A DNA stretch of 64,000 bases from Octopus vulgaris (taxonomy: Eukaryota), in assembly GCA_951406725.2 (NCBI GenBank), contig OX597829.1, forward strand, positions 30,318,001 through 30,382,000, written 5' to 3'. The number at the start of each line of letters is the position of its first letter. Within the stretch, counting starts at the first letter, position 1. A program made the position numbers and the translations under genes. This document shows positions 52,496 to 64,000 of this stretch, piece by piece. Below the pieces are notes generated by a model that made no database searches, had not been told where the DNA came from, and was given only the letters and a program-made list of their open reading frames with translations.

Positions 52496-52970
52496 CTCCC
52501 ATACATACAGGTTTCTTTTTAATGTTACAAAGTAATTATTTCTATGTTTATGGGATACTATTTTACCCTAATTGAAATAAATTTCTTTGTTAATAAGACA
52601 TACTGCCCATTATGGAGAAATAGCAAGCAAAATATATTGACTGATGTGTTTTAATATATTCACTGTTGAGTTCTTAAAAGTGTTTATTATTGTAGTATAT
52701 TACTTTGTAATATTAAAGTATAGTTTAAGCTATATATATCTATGTATCATCATAGATTGAATTAATCTTTTATTCATAGTATCCATACAAAATCATTTGA
52801 AATTCATGTAAAGGGTTTACTCATCTAGTAATATTTTTTGTTCACCAATTTTAGTTTTATTAGCAGAAAGTTTGAGGTATAATCTCTTCCCAGGTAAAAT
52901 GTTTATGAAGAATAAAAATGGAATCGGTTGTTAATTTGTTTGAGTATATTTATTAAAATAAAAACTAAAT
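50894..52970 (+). other. Probable proximal 3' UTR of the B56 gene
   Basis: Mostly unique A/U-rich sequence after the stop, with AATAAA at about 52911 and 52957. The true end cannot be determined from sequence. Confidence 0.55.
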
Positions 52971-53697
52971 AGATACCAGAAATAAGTCACATTATCAGTT
53001 ATCTGGTTAGATTTTTTAAAACTAAATGATAAGCACCAATATTTAAGTGAGAAACAGGCCCACTTAGTTCTTGCTCGGTAAATGGTCCGATTACGCCACA
53101 GTTGGTTTGTTGATCATTTCAGGTTCTCTGACATAAGTGAGAGGAAGTTATCCTCAAACTGGAAACCAGCCTTGAATCTTGTGGCAGTAGACTCTGCTAA
53201 ACGCACCCAAAGGCCAGCTGTTGGTGGTATTAAACTTGGCAATGGATTAAGTCAATCACCCATGACCGGGAATGTTCCCTGAGAGGAACTTTTGTACAGT
53301 TTCCGTCTACAAAATTCCACTCACAAGGTATTGGTTGATCTGAGGCTTTAGTAGAAAATACTTGCCCTAGGTGCCTCTGCAGTGGGTTTGAACCCAAATC
53401 CACTTTGCTGTGAAGCAAACTTAACTATTCAGCCATTGCTCTGAGGAACCCATTTATTTGATCTAGTTAGATCTGGAAAGTTCTTGATAAACAATCTTTA
53501 TTATAGTATAATAGTAGACTTAACAAATATTACTAAGTTTATATTCTGGGATTTTTCTCAAATTAAAATAAAAGAAAAAGAGTTTTCTTTGATATTATTT
53601 GGGATATAAAATACCTGAGATACAAGTCATATGAAATATATAAGAACTGGAATGCATGCAGTCAAATAATAATTCTCTCTCTCATATATATAATACC

Positions 53698-53749
<52 letters not shown>

Positions 53750-55873
53750 TACATATCCGTCCAACCCATGTAAGCATGGACAAATGGATGTTAGATCAAT
53801 AACAAAATATTGTACGTTTAAAATGTGGATAACATGTTACTCTATTAAAATTAAAAAAAAAAATTTGTCATGTTTTGCCGTTAACAGATAATTGGAGAAA
53901 AAAAAATCTCTATGCAGTTTAAATGTTTAATGTGTCTGCATTAACATACAATATGTTGTAACACATGCTTAATATGTAATAAACTGGCTTAGCTGTTTTT
54001 TTTTTTTTTTGAGATAAATTATAAAAGGAAAGTTGATTTCATTTTCTTTAGTTTAAACGAAAAAATTTTTTCTTCAGTGTTATTGTTATGGCAATATTCT
54101 CACATGGTTCAATTTCATTTTAAAAAAAATGTTTTATTTTTAACATGGAATAATTGGTTTGTAAGAGTTAATATATTACACACACACACACATATATGAG
54201 CTTTCTTTTGCATCCCTTCTTTCACACACATACACACTCACACACACACACTTTCTCTCTCAAGCACACACTAACTATAACTATGCAGCAGTAATTTCCA
54301 GAACATAGTATCATTCATTACTGTCATTCTTGAATATATCGTTAGTTTTTAAACGTTCCTATCTCTTTGATACTGATATAACATTCATCCTCATCATTGC
54401 TACCATCATCATCACTATTATCATCATCATCATCGCTATCATTAATAACAACAACACTTCATCTCAAATTATTTTTGTTAATTTCATTTTTTTTTTTTGT
54501 CTTAAAATTTCATTCAGCATTTTGAGTTAGAGAACTGATGTGTATGTTATTTTCTTGTTTGATTTCTGTGACAATCTCCAGTCTCTTCCCATACTTGGTG
54601 TGTGTGTAATACTGTCCCAGCCAGAGTGGTCAATGGTTATTGGCTGGAATTAGTAAGAGTAGTATTGGTGTAAACTGAGAAAAGGAAAATGTATGTATGT
54701 ATATGTATGTGTGTATGCCTGTGTGTGTGTGTACACACACACACACAGATGGTAGTTTATTTATTGATTCAAAGCTAAAGCATCCCTCCATTCCTCTAGA
54801 TATTCATCAGGATGTTGGCATGAAGTTTTCTTGTGGGGAAAATAAAATGAAATTTAGGGGCAGGGATGTGGAGAAAGGGGTAAGAAGGGTCTGAAACTCA
54901 AATTAAAAACAATTTTAAAAAATAAAGCTCCAACAAAACCTAAAATTTTGATTGAATTTGGAAGAGGTTTACAGAAGCAGGGAATGGTAAAATTAATCTG
55001 AAGTTTCTATTTATAATTATATTATAAAGAAATTTAAGTTAAATCCATTAGTAGTTCAGGATGAAATTGGCTTTTAATAGATAAAGTGTGTTTTATTATT
55101 CATTTGAACTTAATTGTTTTAGGACGATAAGATCTCCATTTAGATTTGAATTATTTTAGTTATTACTTACATATAATTTTTACTTTGTTTTATTTATATA
55201 GGAATATTTGAATAACAATAAAAGCATTTATAGTAAGCAATGTTGATTTTTTTTTTTATGAGCTTATGCTACTTCTGCTAAAATCACAGCTAAATCGCTC
55301 TCAAACTACATGTAGAAAAAAATACAAAGGTCACATTTGGTCCTTTGTCTGAAAATGAAAACATTTTGGTCAGTGGTGTGCTTAATTTTATTATATGGGG
55401 CTAAAACAACCTCTAAATTGTCTTTTCCTCTCTCTCTCTCTCTTTTTAAAAATGGAAACAAATTCTTGGGCGGGTCAATGCAGGTTTATAATTTTAATTT
55501 TAAATCATTTTCTGCTTGTCTAGTTCAGTGTAACTTTTTACCTATTTATAGAAATCTTTCAATTTTAAAGTAAGATTTGTGAAAAGTAGTAGTAATAATA
55601 ATAATAATAATATAATAATAATAAAGTGAAAACTATTTTGTACAAAGGGGAAAAGTGATTAAGCTTAATTTTTAGAAATAAAAATGTGATTGTGATAAAT
55701 TTTTGACTAGACCTTCATTCATGTGAATTTCCTTTTTTTTTTTTTTTTCTCTCTTATGCTCATTGTCTTCATCTTTCTTGCTTTCATGAAATTGGTAATG
55801 TGCCTGTTTCACAGGGTAAGGAATATCTTATACCTGTTTCATGAAGGAAACTTCCACAGAGTGTGTGTGTGTT

Positions 55874-55965
<92 letters not shown>

Positions 55966-58112
55966 ATGTATATATGGTACATGTGGTTAGATGATGGCGT
56001 GTGTGTGCATATTCATGTGTGTATTTGTATCTATGTATGTAATGACATTTGTGGCTTCTTCCCGAATTTATATCCGAAGCCATGAAGTCTGGAATCACAT
56101 TTACATTCTGGACAGCTGAAAATGCAAGCTTGTATGAGTGTTTACTATTGGTGCATGATTCTCGTTGAAAAGGTTAAAAAAAAAAACTTTACATTATTAG
56201 GCCTTTCTGTCTATAGTCCAATTTTCTCTTCTTTCCCTGTGCAGCATCTCATAATGCAGTACAATACATTTTTTAAATTCAAATCTACATCATTGGAGTG
56301 ATGTTTGTTTGCTGTAAACAATTGAGAATGTGCTACATCATGTTTATGACAAGCTGTTATCACAGGAACTATGTCAAACTGAGAAATAAAGTTGTCAAAT
56401 CATACTTTGGAATCTTTTGATATTCCCTTGTCTTTAAAAGTATTAGTGTAGATATTATATTTTGTTTAAATGTTCAGGAAAATTATTTTTTTCTTCTCCC
56501 TCCTTAACCTATCTTTTTTCTTTTTTTGATAGGTGGCAAATAACCTTTATTGTTTTAATTTATGTTCTTTGTATAGTGTAAAATAAACCAGGCTACTTTT
56601 CTGTACTTGCATGGGTTGGACAGAATTTTCTACAGCTGGATGCCATTCACGTTGCCTATTCTCACCCGTTTTCAAGTAAGGTAATATTTCCTCAAGACCA
56701 GACATGTTTTCATGGAAGATTGGAAACAAAGGATACCACTTGCATGATGGTGATACTTGCTTACAACTATCATAAAATGAATAAGCAAGGAGACAGTAAC
56801 ATACAGATTTGCACACCCAATGGACTTCTTTTGCTTTCCATCTACCAAATCCACTCACAAAGCTGTTGTTGGTCTAGAGCTGTAGTGGAAGACTGAACCC
56901 AAAATCATGTTTGGGAAACAAACTTTTTACCATACAGTCACTTCTGCACCTAAAAATAATGGCCTTTCTTACAGGTTTTTTCCTATGTCTCCCAAATGAT
57001 CACCCATCGAGCTAGGCTTGATGTTGCCTATTTTTTCAGTGATCAAACAAGAACTAGTGTTATGGCCATAACACTGATATGGCCGTAAATCATATTGATA
57101 TATATGTATAACCATAGTCATATATGCATTGTATTTTTATTCATACATGTGTGTATGATGATAAAGCTTGATGTAGTCATCCGGTTTAACAGATCTTGTT
57201 GAATTGTCCAACCTATACCAGTATGGAAGACAAACAATACATGATGTTTTAAAATATGTGTATAGTGGGCAGGGGGCATACATATATAACTAGCTAAGAT
57301 ATCTTCAGAAGGATTATTAGTTAATTAAACTTAGAAAATTGATAATATATACGTTTTTAAAGTTTGATTTGTGGAGTTTTAATGGAGTTATACATCAATT
57401 TCATTTGTTCAAAGCCATAAAGTATTTTAAAACTTTGGAGTTGTTGGAAAATGTTAAGTTTGGTTTTAGCACTGCCATAACCAGCATCTGGAAATTTGGA
57501 ACCATTTGAATTTCCAAATTGATGAAACACATCATTAACAAAATAATCGGTTAGGAGGTATTGGTATTAATGCGAATTGTTGAAATTGAAACCATTTAGT
57601 AATTCTTTTATTTCTTAAAATTCAAATAATTTCTTTTTTAATTTGATTCAAATTGTATTTCAACCTCAAATTATATACATATACCTCACTGCTGCTGGTG
57701 CCATGTAAAAAGCACTCAGTACATTCTGTGAAGTGGTTGGCATCAGGAAGGGAATCCAGCCATAAAACCATGTTACAGAGAGCAAATTTGAAGTTTTCTC
57801 ACTTACCAGTTCCTGCTGAACTATCCAATCCATGTCAGCATGGAAAATGGACATTTAGATGATGATGGTATATATATGTTCTGTTTGCTATTGATTCATA
57901 GATAAGGGTTGCATTTTGCTTTATGACAATGCCAATTTTATCAGTTTTAAAAATATTGAAACTTGAGGACTTCAGGGATGGAAAATTGAAGAGTGAGATG
58001 TAGCTTGGGTTGAAATTCCCTTACCTCTGTTTTAAACGACAAAATTAGCTTTAATATTTCAATATCAAAGACTCCCTTTTTTTTTAAAAGACATATGGTA
58101 TTGTTAGAATAG

Positions 58113-58345
58113 AGGCGGCGAGCTAGCAGAATCGTTAGCACGTCGGGCGAAATGCTTAGTGGTATTTCGGCTGCCGTTACATTGTGAGTTCAAATTCCAC
58201 CCAGGTCGACTTTGCCTTTCATCCTTTCGGGGTTGATAAATTAAGTACCAGTTAAGCACTGGGGTCGATATAATCGACTTAATACCTATGTCTATCCTTG
58301 TTTGTCCCCTCTATGTTTAGCCACTTGTGGGTTATAAAGAAACAG
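58113..58345 (+). mobile_element. Young SINE copy with target-site duplication
   Basis: CpG-retaining ggcggcgagctagcagaatcgttagcacgtcgggcgaaatgc head; flanked by the ggtattgttagaatagagg direct repeat. Confidence 0.9.
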
Positions 58346-60043
58346 GTATTGTTAGAATAGAGGATAGTTACATGTCTGAAGTAAAGGGTTAGTTAAGAAG
58401 TTAAAATGGCACTGATGGCATATACTGAGAATTCAGTGCAAAGGCTGGTAGCAGGTTCCTTTTTATATCTATTTCATTTCCTAAGTGAACATTCAGCAGG
58501 TTAAAAAAATATTATTTACCAGACTGGAAGACTAAGCGATATCTTTAGCTTTTAATATAAGTTAATGCAGGTGCTGTGAATTAGAGAATAGAAATAGCTG
58601 AAACCGATCAGTGTTTTTCTCTTTCAGATTGCGATACTTTGTGTTTTTAGGAGATCCAATAAGATTTATAAAATAAAAAAAAAAAAATTTTATTATTACA
58701 ATTACTGTTCAAATTTCTAACAGCTTCTGATTTGCAATTTTTACATTGAAACCAGTTTTTGAAAAAATATGATTTTCTTAAAGAAGACTATATGGTGTGT
58801 GTGTGTGTGTATGTATGTATGTATAGTTTTTGAAATTTCATAAAGATTAATTAATGACCCTATAAAAATTTAAATTCAAATGAAGGAAAGTGAAATAGTC
58901 AAAGAATTAAAAAATATACTTCTGTATGGGAGTGTAAAAAAGAAAAAAGTTAATTTGTGTTATTAAGTGCAGCTGAAAATGTGTATTTAGAACTATATTT
59001 GGGCAAACAAAATGTTATTTCAATATTCTTAGATAAATTTTTATTTATCAGTAAGTTCATTTAAATTTGGAAGTAAAAAAAACTAATATGGTTTGTTGAA
59101 AACAAAACCCCCCAAATCTTATTGCTGGTCAATATAGGTTACATCATATTTTTCTATTCATTACAAACTGTTAGCAATTTACATTTAAAAAAATTCATTT
59201 GCTATCCAAATGTTTATATTTGGTTTTTAGTACTGCTGCTCTTGATTTTGGTAAACTTATTACTCAAGGCTTGTACTGTTTGGGGATATCTTTGTACAGA
59301 GACTGAGCTCTTAGCTAAATAGCTTAAATCAAAGATTACAAGTCCTTTATGAAATTTGACATATTTCATCAACATTCAGTTTGGTCTGTTGTTTTATTCC
59401 TTAAACTAGAAATGTCTGACATCAATCTTTTTTGTTATAGAATTTTTGCATGTTTACATTTTTTTTTTTTTTTTTGCTAAATGAGGTTTTAGATATTTGT
59501 TGCACAAGAAATAGAAATTAAGATATAATTAACAGCAATAAGTTGTTTATTTAGAACACATCGATTCTACCTCATTTTACTGTTGATATGATTGCTTGCT
59601 GGTAGTGCCGGTGTTAGACAGAAATGGTCTTCACCACCACTTTCAGCCATGAATAAGTGGTTTGATCTTCTATCTTAGTAATTCTTTCACAGGCAGCTTC
59701 TCCAGAATGGAATATTACCATATTTACCAGCTAATTTTGTCTTGTAGTTTTTGTGGAAATTTAAGGCGGTCTCTAATGTTTGATTTAATCTTGTCATGTT
59801 TTAGTTAAAAACTTTACTCCTCTCCACTCTCCTTGTCCCCCTCCTTTTTTTTCCTTCTTGATTTTGTTAAGTCAAAACTTCATCTACAGACATTTTACTG
59901 CAGTTATACATATCTATTTTAATTAGTTTGTAGTACAGGGGCATTTCACTTCTCGTGTGTTTGACTATAAATAATGTACATAAAATATTTCTTTATGACT
60001 GTTTGGGTAGATAAGAATGGATATAATTTGGCTGTGTAACTTC

Positions 60044-60089
<46 letters not shown>

Positions 60090-63000
60090 GCTTTATGTAA
60101 CTATATTTCATATAAATGTATTATTTCTGTTTAGTAAGAATGGATTAACAAACACTTTGCAAATTTTTTCAGAAACAATAAACTTTTAAAAAATAAAAAA
60201 AAAATGAATAGACGGAATGATTTAAAAGGAATTTTTTTTTTTACATTTAATTTTATTTTTCAGGGAAAATTATTATTTTTTTTTGTTGTAACTTTCATTT
60301 CAGATTTATTTCTATTTTAAATTAATTTAACAGATTTGTACTTGTTTATGAATGTATATTTTAAATAATTTAATTTAAAAATAAAAAAAAATGTTTAACT
60401 TCATACCTAGTATTTTACATCCTACCAAAAACAAAAGCAAAGACAGAGAAACACAGACCTCCCGATCTTAGGTGGAATTAAAAAGAAAAAGCTATTCATT
60501 TTATGTTTCTAACACAGATTTGGATGAATATGGAATTATTATGGTTTTTGCTTTTTTAAAGCTGTATTTAGCTTAGCTTTGCTGCTATATGTGGCATGCT
60601 AACTGAAAAGGATATTACATTTTAAAAAAATGAATTTGATAGCTAATAAAAGTTTTGAATATAAAATCTATAACTTGATGTTTCAGTATTATTAAGATAC
60701 ATTTTATATGTAAATTTCAAGTGCAATGTATGATTGTGAAGCTGATGTTGGATATGCATGGTTACCTCCCTTGATACAAAAAAACCCCCAACGAGGATAA
60801 AAAAAAAAAATCGAAAGCAATTCGGTTTTGGCTTATCCTGTCATTTATATTTACTTACATAATTGATCTAATATTAAATTTTAGAAATTGTTCTTTTTTT
60901 TTTATGTGCCTGCAACTATTTCATAACTTTTTTTTTTTTTTTTAACTTTCACTGTTAGGCTTTGAGAGAATTATTTTGTTGACAAGATCTAGGACTACAT
61001 CCCATTCTAGAAGAAATTTTTATGTCACCTGATAGCTGATAATGTTAATATATTGGCAGATATTACTCGTCTCAAACCTCCATTCTTTTTGCCATCATTA
61101 TGTAACAATATATTTGATTGTGTTTTAGTTTTATTTATATTTTTTTTTTTTGGTTTCATATAGCTGCTTCATTTCAGTTCCTATCACCATATTTATACAT
61201 CTTCATAGAATGAACCCAAAACTTACAAAAACATTAATTTAATGAAAGCATAATTGTTTTTCTATTTCATTTCCATTCATTTGTTTTATCATTGTGTAAT
61301 ACTGACTTAACTACATAATTTGTTAAGCATTATACCCCACCCACCTCTACTTAATCAACTGCTTGCATAAACTTCTAGAGTTGAGAGAATTTATTTTTTT
61401 TACTTAAAAATATTTTTTTTCAGATATATATATATATATATATAAATATCTTTGAATGCTTAGTTTCATCTATTTCTAATTTTATGCTGAGAGACAATCC
61501 ACATATGGTCACCGCTATTATTGCTACTAAAGACCACCACTGCCCTCATTTGCTCGTCTAATTTCTCTGCACATCTATTTTTTCATTTATAACTCAGACT
61601 GAATGAAGTACTGTGCTGTAGAATTTGCATTAGATAGAAATAAAACAAATATCTATTAAAGTATATGTTGAGAGCAGGTCAGTTGGGTGCCATGAGGCAG
61701 ATGTTGTATGGTACTGTTGTATGGCAGATGTATGGTACTAGTTGTTTCAGTCTGCACAGTTCCTCCAAAGGAACTCTTTGCCACCAGTTGTCTGTGGTAG
61801 CAGGAATGTTATTAGGGCAGTTTTGACCTTAATATAATGCATTTCAAATAATGTTTAGTAAGGTCTTAAAACTTAATCCATTTTTGATTTGTAACAGTGC
61901 ATATTAATTGTGCGTTTAGTCATATATAAATTTTAGTGAATAATGAAGATTTTGTTTCCTGTTGATGAAATGCATATTTTCAGAGAAAATATCTATTTGA
62001 TAGAACTAATTCAGTTGTCTTTAGATAAACGAAGCTGTTACGATTTGAAGCAACAAACTTTGTTGTGTAACTTTCTACAATAGGTACAAGACCAGCAATT
62101 TTGAGTAAAGGTGTTAAGTTGATACTTTGATCTCAGAACTCGACTGGTGTTCTATTTTATTGATGACGACGCCCCCCACCTCTTCTTCCCCTGGAGTGAT
62201 GAAAGGCAAAGTTGACCTTTGCAAGGTTTGAAACCAAAGCATAAAGAACTAGAAACTATTCTATATAATGCAGACAGTAGCGTCCTAAGAAAGCTCATAG
62301 AGATTTGTAGATTATACATATATAATCTGATATTTCAGTCATATCAAGCTTTGTGGGTTATCACATGGGTCTTTGTTTTATAAATAATATATTTTTTTTT
62401 ATAATTGGCAGAAGGCCAGTGATTTTTAGGGGGAAAAGTGGGTTAGTCAATCACATTGACCTCCCCAGTACTTGTACTTTATTTTATCAGTTCCAGAAAA
62501 GATTAAAAGCAAAGTTAAACTCAGTGTATCCGCCAAAACGCTAGGCAGCATTTCTTCCGGTTCTTTATGTTGTAACGATTCTGCCAGTTCACCACCACTA
62601 TGACAACAATAATAATAATGATAATGATAATTTTATTTTTAAACTTGAGAACTTTGTAAGATTCTCTCTAACTAGACATATCATTTAATGTGTTGAATTC
62701 AGCAACAGCTGTGTTCTTTGTAAGCATGGGTTTTATGTTAGCCCAACAGTTTTGCAAAAGAGTACCATAGTCATTAAGTAGAAGTCAGTGTTGTTAGCCA
62801 ATGAAACATTTGCTAATTGTTTGACTGAGTAGTAAGGCTAACTTCAGCATTACAATAACAATATTGCTAAACACCTGAGTAATTAATTAGCTATTATTTA
62901 TGGACAATTTTCTATATTTTATTACTAGTCCCTATGTTTTTTTTTAATTATACCGTTTTATTTTTATCTAGAACATTCCATTCTAATATATTCCACTATT

Positions 63001-63849
63001 GTACAGCTATTTTAATGAAGCTTTACAATTAATTCTAGAATGTTTTATATTTACATTAGAAAGATTATCTTACAAGGAAACAACTCAAAGGTAACAAAAA
63101 AGAAAAAAAAAATAATTGTAATTATATCTTGAATTATTATTTTCTATATGTATTGAGAATTTCTTTTTTTGAGATTTAATAAAGAACATGATGCCTAAGG
63201 AAAAATAATAAAAAAAATAATAAAAAATTATAAAACTTGGTTTTACACTAACTTGATACTTATTGTATCATTAAATAAAAGAGAAAGCAAAACTATGAAT
63301 TATACAGAGATTTGTAAACCTGTTGGATTATTGGGGCACCACTGCTGGTCTAATCTTGTATTGAGAAAATATACCTGTCTATTTTACAATATTTTTACCT
63401 TGTGGTTATTATTTACAGCTAAGTAAACTGGGACCAGGCCACTTGAAAATAAGGTGTTTTGGCCATGAACTGCTAGCCTTAGTAATTGGTAGTCTTGTAG
63501 CAGTTTCAGCCAGCTATAATCTTGAAAGTATTTAAGCTGGGCAGAGAGAGGGGTGGGGTGGTCACAGCATTAATGAATATTTTACGAATTTAGACGGTTA
63601 AAACTGTTTAGATATTAAAGGCATGTGAAAGGGTTTATTTTGCTAATTACTCAACAAATTGAAACAAAATTTCATTCGTCCCTCAAATTAATATTTCTCT
63701 ATAAACCAGGCTCGAAGCTTGCTGCCTCCTTTTAAAAGGAATTGGGAAGTTGTTGCATTTGATATTCCTCACAAGTATTTACTAGCATCATAGAAGAAGT
63801 AACTCCAAACAGGAGTTGAAGCTGGTTTTGTCTTTGATGGCCATGAGCT

Positions 63850-63939
63850 TTACTCTTCACTTTCCTGAGTAGGATGTGAGCTTCTGTGTAGCTGTCCAAC
63901 TTGATGGAAATAACCACCAAATTCCTTGTTCAAATCATT
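63850..63939 (-). CDS. Possible terminal coding exon of a convergent neighbouring gene
   Basis: Minus-strand pyrimidine tract, then tag|NDLNKEFGGYFHQVGQLHRSSHPTQESEE*; GC is higher than the flank; no family recognised. Confidence 0.25.
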   Translation of the reverse strand, partial: NDLNKEFGGYFHQVGQLHRSSHPTQESEE

Positions 63940-64000
63940 CTATACTGTATCATATTGAAAACAGGAAGGACAAAATTGAATAATGTAGTCCCAAATAGTA

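Noticed and set aside
63732-63920. 62-aa minus-strand ORF from the track
   Set aside because: It has a non-ATG start, an in-frame stop just upstream and no recognisable homology; a different frame fits the splice acceptor better.

Overview
AT-rich, microsatellite- and transposon-dense animal genomic DNA. The SINE/LINE repertoire looks like an octopus or other coleoid cephalopod (inference). The window holds the 3' part of one + strand gene, a PP2A B56 (B') regulatory subunit of the gamma/delta subfamily (PPP2R5C/D-like). I traced 10 coding exons from 392 to the stop at 50893; all have GT-AG boundaries and join in frame, ending in the RRKSELP tail. The introns hold decayed Penelope-like, RTE, R4/Dong and CR1 retroelements, many tRNA-derived SINEs, a full-length dead Tc1, a fold-back mariner, piggyBac derivatives and a ~6.5 kb degenerate Helitron. 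Three things are most worth checking: (1) a candidate frame-switching microexon/cassette system in the 26.8 kb last intron; (2) several minimal type I hammerhead-ribozyme motifs, one with an intact core on the pre-mRNA strand; (3) a cluster of long fold-back palindromes at 34.6-38.3 kb. Exon and terminal-inverted-repeat (TIR) coordinates were read base by base; most repeat boundaries are approximate. No database searches were run.
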